Origin: Chloroflexia bacterium
GTDB lineage: Bacteria; Chloroflexota; Chloroflexia; QHBQ01; JADMIH01
Reading direction: 5' to 3'
Assembly: GCA_038232115.1 (NCBI GenBank)
Contig: JBBSIK010000001.1
Span: forward strand, 1-27,773
DNA: 27,773 nt
Within the stretch, counting starts at the first letter, position 1; the number at the start of each line of letters is the position of its first letter. A program made the translations under genes and the position numbers. This document shows, piece by piece, positions 7,816 to 17,355 of the stretch. Below the pieces are notes generated by a model. The model ran no database searches, was not told where the DNA came from, and was given only the letters and a program-made list of their open reading frames with translations.

Positions 7816-9568
7816 GTTTCAGCCAACCCTCCAGCTTCTCGCGGTCCCAAGCGGTGAGTATTCTATCGGCAGTGGCCCAGCCTCGACGGGCGATGTGGAC
7901 GCCATATTCGAGCAGGTTGTAGTTGTCGCGGTGGTGGGCGTCTGTGTCCACCGAGAGGAGACAGCCTGCCTCCATCGCCTCTTTCACGTAGATGTCGTCG
8001 AGATCGAGGCGCTCAGGGGACGAGTTGATTTCGAGGGCGGTGCCAGTGCGGACAGCCTCGCGAATGACGGCGCTTACGTCCATGTCTGATGGCTCGCGAT
8101 GGTTGATGAGACGGCCCGTGGGATGGGCGATGATGTCCACGTTCGGGTTGCGCACCGCGTTGAGCGTACGCTGTGTAACCTGCTCGCCCGGTTGCCGCAG
8201 ACCGCTATGCACCGAGGCCACCACGATGTCCAGCCAGGCAAGCACCTCATCGGGGAAATCGAGCGTGCCGTCCAGCTTTATCTCCATCTCGGTGCCGTGG
8301 AAGATGCGAAAGTCGGGGCCGATGGCGCGTTGTGCCTCCTCTATCTCCGTGCGCTGGGCACGCAGCCTCTCTACAGTCAGTCCGTTCGCCACAGTCAGGC
8401 CCTGGCTGTGGTCGGTGATGGCGATGTACTGGTAGCCCTTTGCTTTGGCCGCACGCGCCATTGCGAGCACGCTTTCGGTGCCGTCGCTCCAGTCTGTGTG
8501 GCAATGCAGGTCGCCCTTGATGTCGGCTATCTCCACCAGCAGAGGCAGTGCATGGTGCTCGGCGGCTTCGATTTCGCCCCTGTCCTCGCGCATTTCGGGC
8601 GGCATCCAGTCCATGCCGAGCGTGCGATAAATATCGGCTTCGGTTCCGACGTGTACTCGCTCACCGCTCTTGGTGGTGAGGCCGTATTCGTTGAGATGGT
8701 AGCCCATGCGGATCGCCCGGTCACGCAGCTTGATGTTGTGCGCTCGTGAGCCTGTGAAATGGTTGAGTAGCGGCACGTAGTTCTCGAGCGAGAGCACATA
8801 CAGGTCTACCTGTAGGTCATTATGCAGGCGCACGGTGGCCTTGTTCTCGCCCCGCGAGTCGACAGTGCCGACCATCGGTAGCTTGACGAAGCAGTCTATC
8901 ACCTTCAGAGAGTCGGCTGCGGTCGCCAGGATGTCGAGGTCGCCCACGGTTGGTTTCCAGCGCCGGGCCGAGCCTGCCACCTCGATCCTGTCTATGTTGC
9001 CTGGGCATTTCTCCTTGAGCAGCGAGATAATTTGCCTCACCACGGGCAGGGCGACGCCTAGCAGTTCACGTTTCTCGGCGCTCCTCCGCTTTATCGTCTC
9101 GATGCCCTGCCGTATCGTCCCAACGCTTCTTTCGCCTATGCCGGGCACCGTGAGGATGCGCCCATCGTCGAGCGCCTTTTCGAGATCGGTGATGCTCTGT
9201 ATGCCCAGCTTTTGGTAGAGCATCATGGCGGTCTTGGCGCCAACGTGGGGGATTTCGGTAAGAGTGATAAGAGCCGGGGGGATCTCGGTGATGAGGCGGT
9301 CGTAGAAGCGCAGGTGGCCGGTGCGCATCAGTTCGTCCACCTTCTCGGTGATGGCTTTGCCGATGCCTGGTAGGTCGTCTACGCGTCCCTCGCGCCACAC
9401 CTGCTTGATGTCCTCACCCAGGTTAGCGAATGTGTCAGAGGCGGACCTGTAGGCCCGCGACTTGAACGGCGACTCGCCCTTCAACTCGACCATAGCCGCG
9501 ATCTCCCTGAATATACGGGCAAAAGTAGCATTGTTAAACTGTGTAGCTTCAGGAGCTATTTCAGACAT
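7805..9568 (-). CDS. polX: DNA polymerase X family with C-terminal PHP (3'-5' exonuclease) domain
   Basis: N-terminal lyase domain (FKSRAY, LPGIGK), GSARRWKPTVGDLDIL, QVDL and HFTGSRAHN. PHP motifs DLHCHTDWSDG, TDHS, IIAHPTGR and DTDAH. SD GAGGAG. Confidence 0.95.
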   Translation of the reverse strand: MSEIAPEATQFNNATFARIFREIAAMVELKGESPFKSRAYRSASDTFANLGEDIKQVWREGRVDDLPGIGKAITEKVDELMRTGHLRFYDRLITEIPPALITLTEIPHVGAKTAMMLYQKLGIQSITDLEKALDDGRILTVPGIGERSVGTIRQGIETIKRRSAEKRELLGVALPVVRQIISLLKEKCPGNIDRIEVAGSARRWKPTVGDLDILATAADSLKVIDCFVKLPMVGTVDSRGENKATVRLHNDLQVDLYVLSLENYVPLLNHFTGSRAHNIKLRDRAIRMGYHLNEYGLTTKSGERVHVGTEADIYRTLGMDWMPPEMREDRGEIEAAEHHALPLLVEIADIKGDLHCHTDWSDGTESVLAMARAAKAKGYQYIAITDHSQGLTVANGLTVERLRAQRTEIEEAQRAIGPDFRIFHGTEMEIKLDGTLDFPDEVLAWLDIVVASVHSGLRQPGEQVTQRTLNAVRNPNVDIIAHPTGRLINHREPSDMDVSAVIREAVRTGTALEINSSPERLDLDDIYVKEAMEAGCLLSVDTDAHHRDNYNLLEYGVHIARRGWATADRILTAWDREKLEGWLKRDE

Positions 9569-9616
9569 GGTCGCTTCTCCTCGTTTTCGTTTTCACTCGG
9601 TACTTTGAACTTGCTA

Positions 9617-10341
9617 CTATCCCATACCCTGCCAGAGCGCGTACTGGATGGCAGCGTCGCGCCCGGAGAGGTCCAGCTTGCGGTAGATTTCTTCGAGGTA
9701 GGTACGCACCATGATGTCGGACATGCCAACTTCCCGGCCAATCTGGTCGTTAGTGAGACCGTTAGCGAGATACTTGAGGATGGCGCGCTCGTTCGCGGAG
9801 AGTGGTGAGCCGGTATCTGCGGTGGGGCTATATAGTTGCTCGCCTTCCTCCGCTGCCATGCCGGCGACGGGGTCTTTGTCTTGCAACAGGGGCATTTCGC
9901 CCTGCACAACGTCGCGGATAGTCTGGAGCAGCACCTTGCTGCCTGCATCCTTGAGCACGTAGGCGCTTGCCCCCGCCCGGCGGGCCTGTCTCAGGTGCTC
10001 TTCTCCAGTGAACACCGTGAGCATGATAACGCTTATATCGGGATGAGTGTCGGCGAGTTGGCCTCCATGCCGTCCATGCCCGCCATATTCACGTCCATCA
10101 GCACTATATCGGGCCTGATGCGGTCAATCTGAGCCAGCGCCTCAAGTCCAGGTCCCGCTTCGCCCACGGCTTCCATGTCGGGTTCTATCTCGAAGAGAGC
10201 GCACAGCCCACGCCTGTACTGCGGGTGGTCGTCTACGATGAGGATGCGTACCTTGCGATTAGCTCCCGCCCCACTCGCGCCTCCGTAGCCGGCATCCCCT
10301 GCTCCCCAAATCCAGATCCCTCTCTGTTCTCCATACCCCAT
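9617..10341 (-). pseudogene. NarL/LuxR-family response regulator split by a frameshift near 10060
   Basis: The receiver (ILIVDDH, DIVLMDVNM, GMDGMEA) continues in another frame as QLADTHPDISVIMLTVF..AGASAYVLKD, followed by a LuxR HTH (LSANERAILKYLANGLTNDQIG). SD GGAG precedes ATG 10341. Confidence 0.85.
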
Positions 10342-10573
10342 AGCCAATTTCTCCCCACGCTCGGCACGTGCGCCCGACCCGTTCGTGAAAGATAGCAGCA
10401 TGGTATGTTATGTCATGCGTAAAGATATATTATCATAGTCTACTGTCGTTTTGAACCGTAGCACGGCGAATTGCCTACCCTATTTTCAGGCATGCCTCTA
10501 TGCAATTGGAAACGAGGGTAGAGGGTCAGCAGCTATTTTCATTACCCCTGGTGACATGAGGGACATGTTTACT

Positions 10574-10585
10574 CTGAACACTTAC
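10574..10585. repeat. Solo CTGAACACTTAC repeat end overlapping the NRAMP-gene stop codon
   Basis: Identical to the terminal repeats at 13680-13691 and 20780-20791. It contains the TAA at 10582-10584 (minus strand). Confidence 0.7.
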
Positions 10586-11967
10586 TGGAAGAGGGTAGTG
10601 AAGAGCATCAGCACCACGGCGACTGTTATAGTCACCACGGTGGCCCACGCCAGCAGCTTGTATATAGGGCCGAGGGCGTATTGGCCCATGATTTCTTTGT
10701 TACTAGCTAGCCGCACAATGAACACTAGCAGGATAGGCAGCAGGGAGCCGTTGAGGATCTGCACGATCAGCAGTACGCCCACAAGGTCCAGACCGGGGAT
10801 CATAGCGATAAGCGCGCCTATCGCTATAAGCGCCGTAAACAGGCCCATGAACACGGGGGCCTCGCGGAACGACATGCTCACGCCCTTCTCGAAGCCGAGC
10901 GACTCAGTCACGGAATACGCGGTAGCCAGGGGCAGCACACCCGCAGCGAGCATTGAAGCTCCAAACAGGCCGACGGCGAAAAGGACGGTCGCGCCCGGCC
11001 CGGCAAATGGCGCCAGAGCGAGGGCCGCATCGGATGCGTTATTGACCTGCTTGTGCTGCGTAAAGAGAGTGGCCGCCGTTGCGATGATGATGAAGATAGA
11101 TACGAGGTCTGAGAAGATGACGCCAAACACAGTATCGAAGCGGGTGTACTTATAGTCGCGTGGCGTGACGCCTTTCTCGACCACGGACGACTGCACGAAG
11201 AGTTGCATGTATGGTGTTATAGTCGTACCGATGAGGGCCACGAGGGCTGCCAGAGCTGCCTGGTTGAGGCTGAGGGTGGGGTGGAAGAGTCCTCCTGCCA
11301 CCCCACCCCAGTTCGGCTTTGCCATAAAAGCGGCTATGATGTAGGAGATAAAGACGAGCGACAGGAGCATGAAAACCCGCTCTACCACCCGGTAAGACCC
11401 TTTGGTGACCAGCCACCAGATGAGGAAGGCGATCGGGGGCACCGCCAGCCACGCCGGTACACCAAACAGGCTGAGTGCTGCCGCGATACCGACGAACTCC
11501 GATATAGTCACGCCGGTATTGGCGATGAACAGCACGAGCACCGCCAACAGAGTCCAGCCTACGCCGAACTGCTCGCGTATCAGATCGGAGAGGCCTTTGC
11601 CTGTGACGGCACCCATGCGTGCGCACATCTCTTGCACCATTACCAGGCTGACAGTCACGATCAGCATAGCCCACAGCATAGAATTGCCGAAGGTCGCGCC
11701 GTTGGATGCGTATGTGAATATACCACCCGCGTCGTTGCCCGCTGCCGCCGAAACGATGCCGGGGCCTAAGATGGCGACGTAAGGGTAGAACCGCATACGC
11801 CGCAGCCGTTTCATGACGAATAACTGAGGCAGCTTCAATAAGCGCCCAGGGCCTGTGGGCAGCGTATCAACCGAGGGGGTATAACGACGCTTGGGTGTGA
11901 TTGCCGACCCACCCGGTGTTGCTTCCACCTCGATTGGACTATCTATCTGTGCTGCTTCCTTAGCCAT
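10582..11967 (-). CDS. NRAMP-related divalent cation transporter, NrmT/NRMT (Mg2+) type
   Basis: TM1 motif GPGIVSAAAGNDAGG replaces the canonical DPGN. VQEMCARMGAVTGKGLSDLIRE and TM6 GTTITPYM. About 11 TM segments. Confidence 0.88.
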   Translation of the reverse strand: MAKEAAQIDSPIEVEATPGGSAITPKRRYTPSVDTLPTGPGRLLKLPQLFVMKRLRRMRFYPYVAILGPGIVSAAAGNDAGGIFTYASNGATFGNSMLWAMLIVTVSLVMVQEMCARMGAVTGKGLSDLIREQFGVGWTLLAVLVLFIANTGVTISEFVGIAAALSLFGVPAWLAVPPIAFLIWWLVTKGSYRVVERVFMLLSLVFISYIIAAFMAKPNWGGVAGGLFHPTLSLNQAALAALVALIGTTITPYMQLFVQSSVVEKGVTPRDYKYTRFDTVFGVIFSDLVSIFIIIATAATLFTQHKQVNNASDAALALAPFAGPGATVLFAVGLFGASMLAAGVLPLATAYSVTESLGFEKGVSMSFREAPVFMGLFTALIAIGALIAMIPGLDLVGVLLIVQILNGSLLPILLVFIVRLASNKEIMGQYALGPIYKLLAWATVVTITVAVVLMLFTTLFQ

Positions 11968-12040
11968 CTTCTAAGTTCCGAGTCGAAAATTCAAAGTTGA
12001 AAAATAGGGAGTGCTACTTTCAACGTTTCGCCCAGAACTT

Positions 12041-13429
12041 TCAACTGAATATTCTGGGCAGACGCTTTTGCCAGCCTTCGGGGAGGAGAGAGTCGAGAGC
12101 GTCGTCCACTGTTACCACACCGGAGAGGATGCCCAATTTGTCCACGACGGGCAGGGCTAGAAGGTTGTATTCGGCCATTTTGCGAGCCACTTCTCTCTTG
12201 TTTTCGCCGGGCCGCGCCGTGAGTATTTCCTTGAGCATGAAGCTGCTTACGGGGCACTCTCGCTCCTGCACCAGCAAGTCGCGCACCGTTATGATGCCCA
12301 CCAATTCGTTGTGTTGCAGGTCGTCCACCACGTACATATAATAGATCAGGTCGGCGGACATGAATACAGACCTGTTTGCTTCGATTACTTGTCCCACCGT
12401 CATGTCGGGCAGCACGCGCACGTAATCGGTTGTCATGATGCCGCCCGCGCTGCTTTCCGAGTAGCGCATTAGATGGCGTATCGGCTGGGCTTCTTCGTCG
12501 TCCATCTGTTCGAGCAGCGCCCCGGCCTTTTCCTCAGATAGCTCGGCAAGCAGGTCGCTTGCCTCGTCGGGGGCCATCTCCTCGATTATGTCGGCGGCGC
12601 GAGCGTCTGGTATCTGCTCGACTATATCCGTTTGGCGCACCGAGGTTATCTCCTCAAGCGTGTCGGCGGCGAGCGTGTTGTTCAGCGAGGCGATGATTTC
12701 CGCGCCCTGTAAGTAGCTCACCGAGTCGGTGATGCGAGCTATCTCCACGGGGTGGAGTTTGGCTAGCTTCTTGTGATGTATGGCCACGCCGCCGGGCACG
12801 TTGGAGCCGAACACGTCGAGGTGTCGCCAGGGCACTATATGCGAACTTATAGCTTTGTTGGTCAGGCTCTGCACCAGGTTTGCAACCCTGAGTCTGCGCA
12901 CCAATCCGCCGAAACCTACATCTACCCCGCGCACCCACCACCGCGTGCCCTGTGGCAACCGTAGCGCCTGAGATAGTTTGCCCTGGCCTGCGACTGGCTG
13001 CACGGCTTTGCCCTCGACCATCACTATGTCGTTTACGCGCACTACTTTGCGGCTGTCAAGGTCAATCACCTGCTTATCCCACAGATCGCGCTTGAGGAGG
13101 ATTTCGCTGGCGCGCCGTTCGTATGTCTGCAGATCCACCCGTGCCGAGCTAAGTCGAACGCCATGCGCATCGATGCTCTCCACCTGGGAGGTGGGCAGGA
13201 AGAACGGTACTTGCTTGCGCCCGGTACGCGCCAATACGCCCTTTATATAAGGCACATCGCGCTCCTGGGCTTCATCAATGGTGTCAACCAGCACGACAGG
13301 CGCTTCGACAGCTTCCTCACCCGTGACTTGCACAGTAGCCGAAAGCTCGGCCACCAGGTCGCGCACTTTCCCCAGTCTGTTTCCCTGGGGATCATATATT
13401 TTTTTGCCTATAATCTCGGATAAGTACAA
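12041..13429 (-). CDS. Soluble PRC-barrel + MgtE N-domain + tandem CBS protein (MgtE cytoplasmic part, no membrane domain)
   Basis: Motifs LYLSEIIGKKIYD, DLWDKQVID..VRVND, LHPVEIA, EEMAPDEASDLL, SAGGIMTTDY and AEYNLLALPVVD..GVVTVDD. It ends without TM helices. Start placed at TTG 13429 (AGGA 5 nt upstream), which is uncertain. Confidence 0.85.
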   Translation of the reverse strand: MYLSEIIGKKIYDPQGNRLGKVRDLVAELSATVQVTGEEAVEAPVVLVDTIDEAQERDVPYIKGVLARTGRKQVPFFLPTSQVESIDAHGVRLSSARVDLQTYERRASEILLKRDLWDKQVIDLDSRKVVRVNDIVMVEGKAVQPVAGQGKLSQALRLPQGTRWWVRGVDVGFGGLVRRLRVANLVQSLTNKAISSHIVPWRHLDVFGSNVPGGVAIHHKKLAKLHPVEIARITDSVSYLQGAEIIASLNNTLAADTLEEITSVRQTDIVEQIPDARAADIIEEMAPDEASDLLAELSEEKAGALLEQMDDEEAQPIRHLMRYSESSAGGIMTTDYVRVLPDMTVGQVIEANRSVFMSADLIYYMYVVDDLQHNELVGIITVRDLLVQERECPVSSFMLKEILTARPGENKREVARKMAEYNLLALPVVDKLGILSGVVTVDDALDSLLPEGWQKRLPRIFS

Positions 13430-13535
13430 TATATTCCTACACTGGTGGGTGCGCCTGTTCCCATTACCTACTGAGTACCCATACAACCTCCATTCTAACA
13501 TTGTAACACTAGACTGGCAATCCCTGATGTGCGAC

Positions 13536-13691
13536 GTAAGTGTTCAGGTTTAGGATAGAGGAATGGCTGTAGGGGCAGGACCCGTGCCTGCCCTGGTGGT
13601 CTGCTGTATGAGTTGGGTGCTACTATCCAACGAGGGCAGGCCCCGTGCCTGCCCCTACAATGGCTTTTGCACCCCTACTCTGAACACTTAC
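13536..13691. mobile_element. MITE-like element: 12-bp terminal inverted repeats enclosing a REP doublet
   Basis: GTAAGTGTTCAG (13536-13547) and CTGAACACTTAC (13680-13691) are perfect inverted repeats. No coding capacity. Confidence 0.6.
13568..13659. repeat. Inverted pair of GTAG-family REP palindromes (REPIN/BIME-like)
   Basis: tgtaggggcagg-acccgtg-cctgccct (13568-13594) and agggcagg-ccccgtg-cctgcccctaca (13633-13659). Confidence 0.82.
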
Positions 13692-13728
13692 ATACGCGAC
13701 CATCGGCATTTTCCGCAGCGACCCTTGG

Positions 13729-13737
13729 TGTTATAAT
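13729..13737 (+). promoter_or_regulatory. Extended -10 promoter TGtTATAAT for the hydrolase-Nudix unit
   Basis: Consensus match upstream of a plus-strand gene pair. Confidence 0.6.
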
Positions 13738-13805
13738 GGCCGGAATCGAATAAGCGTACCGTGATATGGAGCGTAACACGAAGGAGTGCTCAAGACCTAA
13801 CACCC

Positions 13806-14549
13806 ATGACCGATGACTCAACGTCCATCACCCTGGTCTTTATTCACGGGGCAGGCTCTAGTTCCGACTTTTGGCATGAGCAGCTTTCTGCTTTCCCTGG
13901 CGCGCATTACCTCGATTTGCCGGGGCACGCTGATGCGCTTAGCAGGGTTTCGATGGGTGCCGGGATGCGGTCTGTTGATGAGTATGCAAACTGGGTGGCC
14001 GGGTATGTGGAGGAGGCCGGGCTTTCAAGAGTATTGCTGAATGGGCATTCAATGGGCGGGGCGATTACCCTCACGCTGGCATTGAGGCACCCACAATGGC
14101 TTGCGGGCATTGTGCTTACAGGCACAGGTGCGCGCCTGCGTGTGCTCCCTCAACTCCTGCAACTCCTGCGGACCAACTATCCGGCGGCAGTAGATCTCAT
14201 TGTCGAGCAGAGTTTTGCGCCCCTGCATAAGCCTCTTACGTACAAGCAGAAGATAAGGCTGAAGGGCGTGCGCCGTCACATCCTACGAACGCCCCAGGAC
14301 GTGACCACAGGCGACTACGAGGCATGCGACCGCTTTGATGTCATGTCGCAAGTCGGCGAGATTGCCGTGCCCACCATGTGCATCGTCGGCGTGCAGGATG
14401 CCATGACCCCACCCAAATACAGCGAGTACCTGTACAGCCGTATTGCAGGCTCGCGCATGGAGGTTGTCGAGGGGGCAGGCCATATGCTGCCGCTTGAGAA
14501 GCCGGAGGAATACAATCGCCGTGTGGCCGAATTTCTGGCGAGTCTTTAG
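13806..14549 (+). CDS. Alpha/beta-fold hydrolase
   Basis: FIHGAG oxyanion motif, GHSMGG nucleophile, GVQDAMTP acid and GAGHML histidine. Start could alternatively be GTG 13761. Confidence 0.9.
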   Translation: MTDDSTSITLVFIHGAGSSSDFWHEQLSAFPGAHYLDLPGHADALSRVSMGAGMRSVDEYANWVAGYVEEAGLSRVLLNGHSMGGAITLTLALRHPQWLAGIVLTGTGARLRVLPQLLQLLRTNYPAAVDLIVEQSFAPLHKPLTYKQKIRLKGVRRHILRTPQDVTTGDYEACDRFDVMSQVGEIAVPTMCIVGVQDAMTPPKYSEYLYSRIAGSRMEVVEGAGHMLPLEKPEEYNRRVAEFLASL

Positions 14550-14595
14550 TGGAGAGTGCTGTTGCTAAGGGATGGGGTGTATTCCTTTATGAAGT

Positions 14596-15165
14596 ATGCT
14601 AGCTGTGCTTGAGGAGCAACCCACCGACCCAGGGTCCGATTACCCAAACCTGTTCAGTCCGGCTGAATGGGACTACGTACAGTGCCGTTTTATGTTGGTT
14701 GACAAGTTGCTATCCTCTGATCCCGTAAGCAATGTGAACATTGTGCCGTTTGTGGGTGACAGGGTAGTGATGGTGCGATTGGAGGATGGTAGCTGGGAGA
14801 TACCGGGCGGCACGCTTGAGCCAGAAGAAAGCTATAGGGAGGCAATATGCCGCGAACTGCTGGAGGAAGCAGGGGCACGGATGCTAGAGTTTGAGCTGTT
14901 TGGTGCGTGGATATGCCACTCGTCTGCGCCTGGTCCTTTCCGCCCACATATACCTCACCCCGATTTTTGGCGGCTCGTCGGGTATGGGGATGTTGAAATA
15001 TCGGGCGCACCGCAGGAGGGTGGAGAGCATGTGGTGAGCGTTGATGTATTGCCACTCGCAGAAGCGGTACGCAGATTCACGTTAGATAGCAGGCCCGAAC
15101 TGGCGGAACTATACTTGCTTGCGGCTGCGCTGCGTCAGCGGCGTCATGGAGTAAAGGGAGAATGA
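14596..15165 (+). CDS. Nudix hydrolase
   Basis: Nudix box GGTLEPEESYREAICRELLEEAG (GX5EX7REUXEEXG). Confidence 0.9.
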   Translation: MLAVLEEQPTDPGSDYPNLFSPAEWDYVQCRFMLVDKLLSSDPVSNVNIVPFVGDRVVMVRLEDGSWEIPGGTLEPEESYREAICRELLEEAGARMLEFELFGAWICHSSAPGPFRPHIPHPDFWRLVGYGDVEISGAPQEGGEHVVSVDVLPLAEAVRRFTLDSRPELAELYLLAAALRQRRHGVKGE

Positions 15166-15205
15166 GAATGATGAGCGCGGGCAAGTGATGTGTATTCAGG
15201 GACGC

Positions 15206-15778
15206 CTACCCCTCCAGCCGTCGCTTCAACCTGTCGTAGGTCGTCTCCAATAGCTCAGGCATTACTTTTGTCGAACCAACAACCGGCATGAAGTTGGTGT
15301 CGCCTGCCCATCGGGGCACCACGTGCATGTGTACATGGTCGGCCACGCCCGCCCCCGCCACTTTGCCGATGTTCATCCCCATGTTATAGCCCTCTGGACT
15401 GTACTCGGCACCCAGAGCGCGCAACATCCGTTGTACCAGCGACATGGTCTCGCTTACGGTATCGCTATCCAGGCCTGCGAAGTCGGCTGTATGCTTGTAT
15501 GGCACGACCATCAGGTGGCCCGAGTTGTAGGGGTAGAGATTGAGGATCACGAAGTTGTGCGCGCCCCGCATGAGGATCAAGTTCTCGCGGTCGCTCGAAG
15601 TGTGCAGGCACACACAGTCGCAGAACACGCAACCAGGGCTTTCCGACTTTTGCCCACTGCCTGGCACTGCATCAGCCGCAAGCTCTCGCTCTTTGCCTGG
15701 CTCAGATGACTGCTCGCCGGATGAGGCTCCGCTAATATATGTCATGCGCCAGGGGGTCCAGAGGTATTCAGTGCTCAA
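15206..15778 (-). CDS. HIT-family nucleotide hydrolase (Ap4A phosphorylase/hydrolase-like)
   Basis: LWTPWRMTYI, CVFC, NLYPYNSGHLMVVPYKH and the histidine triad HVHMHVVPRW. TTG start with SD AGGAG. Confidence 0.92.
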   Translation of the reverse strand: MSTEYLWTPWRMTYISGASSGEQSSEPGKERELAADAVPGSGQKSESPGCVFCDCVCLHTSSDRENLILMRGAHNFVILNLYPYNSGHLMVVPYKHTADFAGLDSDTVSETMSLVQRMLRALGAEYSPEGYNMGMNIGKVAGAGVADHVHMHVVPRWAGDTNFMPVVGSTKVMPELLETTYDRLKRRLEG

Positions 15779-15824
15779 AAGGCGCTCCTGGGGAGTTGTT
15801 AGTTACGCAATACGCGGCACAGCG

Positions 15825-16769
15825 TTAACCGATATAGTTGGGCGTTACGAAGCCGTGGGTGAATAGTAGTAAGACGATAAAGAAGATGGCAACGATTATC
15901 AACGTCAGGAGGCCGGCAGCGATCCAGGGTAGCCTGCCTTTGTTGGTATTTACCACACTCCGCACGTTGTACGTTTCCCACTCTCCGAGGGCGTAACGCG
16001 GGCTGAGAACATAGCCGACCAGTGCGCCTGCCACCAGGCCACCTATGTGCGCTGAGTTGTCTATCGGTAGTATGCCGGAGAAGCCCAGGCCGAGATTGAG
16101 CACCACGACCACGATGATATTCCAGAATTGCAGGTTGCCACGCTTACCAAAGAGGCGGCGATACATACCAAAATAGACGGCCAATGCGCCTATCAGCCCG
16201 AAGATGGCCCCGGATGCGCCCACGCCGGAGGCATAATAAGGCGAAAATGCAAAGCTGGATATGCTGCCCGCCAGCCCAGCGATGAGATAAACAGCCAGGA
16301 ACCGCGCTCTGCCGAAGAACCCTTCGAGGTCCATGCCTATGACGTAGAGGGCATAGCCATTGGAGGCTATATGCAGCAGGCCGTTGTGCAGGAACATGGC
16401 CGTGACAAGCCGCCACCACTGGCCTTGCACCACCTCGGAGTTGACCTTCGCGCCCCACTGGGTCAGCACATCGTGCATCTCGGTGGGCATGACGTTGAAC
16501 GATTGGCCGAGCATACTCGTCAGCACGAAAATGCCTATTAGCGCGATCAATATCGCCTGGGTCCAGATGGGGCGTTCAACGGGAATACGTAGCCATGTGC
16601 GCACGGCCCCTACGCCTTCCGCGAAGGATGTGGGAGGTGGGACTGGCTCGGGAAGATAGCTAGGCGCGGGGGGATAGGGCCGCCCCGGCATATACTCATC
16701 ATTATCTGTCTGTGTAGCGCGCGATGCCAGCCACTGAGGGTTGGGCGACGGCGAATTGGGGTTATACAT
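15825..16769 (-). CDS. Rhomboid-family intramembrane serine protease
   Basis: WWRLVTAMFLH..LLHIASN, GASGAIFG (catalytic Ser) and SAHIGG (catalytic His). Pro-rich N-terminus. Confidence 0.93.
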   Translation of the reverse strand: MYNPNSPSPNPQWLASRATQTDNDEYMPGRPYPPAPSYLPEPVPPPTSFAEGVGAVRTWLRIPVERPIWTQAILIALIGIFVLTSMLGQSFNVMPTEMHDVLTQWGAKVNSEVVQGQWWRLVTAMFLHNGLLHIASNGYALYVIGMDLEGFFGRARFLAVYLIAGLAGSISSFAFSPYYASGVGASGAIFGLIGALAVYFGMYRRLFGKRGNLQFWNIIVVVVLNLGLGFSGILPIDNSAHIGGLVAGALVGYVLSPRYALGEWETYNVRSVVNTNKGRLPWIAAGLLTLIIVAIFFIVLLLFTHGFVTPNYIG

Positions 16770-16971
16770 AGCTCATTCTAGTGCAAGTGCGTAGGGAGGC
16801 GGGTGTTCGTGCGCGGTCAGAAGAGGGCTTCACCCTTATTATACGATATTGCCTGCTCTTTTGGTTGCAGAGGGGTTGTGTGGAGCCGGTCCTATTCAAA
16901 GTCGCTGTTTCACAAACCAACTCAACTTTGTCATTCTGGTGGCTGTCTGGCTAACATTTTGAAAACATGCC

Positions 16972-17355
16972 CTAGAACAACTTAACCCATCCCAACGACA
17001 CTGATAGGCTCACCAGAATAATAGCCCCCACGAGCGCAGTTATAGCCGCGAAGCGCCAGTTGCGGGCCATACCGAATGCGATTAGCTGCGAAATCAGAGT
17101 GACCCCCGGCGTTGCAAGTAGGAGCAGCACGCCCAGGTTGAGTAGCGCAAGCGGGTTAAGAGACAGCAGTTCCGGCATGATATGGTCGAACGGCATCACT
17201 CTTGAGGCAGCTCCGTTTCCGCCGGGCGAGCCGCTCAACAGCCACCAGACCAGCCCCACGGACATCGCCGCGAAGCTGGCTAGCATTCCCGCTCTCAGCG
17301 TGGCTGCGGCTGCCCTGTATGTAGTGTCGTCGGTAAGCTGCGTGTCGTCCATCAT
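16972..17355 (-). CDS. DUF1634-like small membrane protein
   Basis: Three TM segments with LGVLLLLATPGVTL. Translationally coupled downstream of a TauE/SafE gene, the usual context for DUF1634. Confidence 0.75.
   Translation of the reverse strand: MMDDTQLTDDTTYRAAAATLRAGMLASFAAMSVGLVWWLLSGSPGGNGAASRVMPFDHIMPELLSLNPLALLNLGVLLLLATPGVTLISQLIAFGMARNWRFAAITALVGAIILVSLSVSLGWVKLF

Noticed and set aside
14596-15778. Nudix, HIT and PolX as a single nucleotide-sanitising or defence system
   Set aside because: They lie on different strands and transcription units, are all common housekeeping families, and show no island signature.
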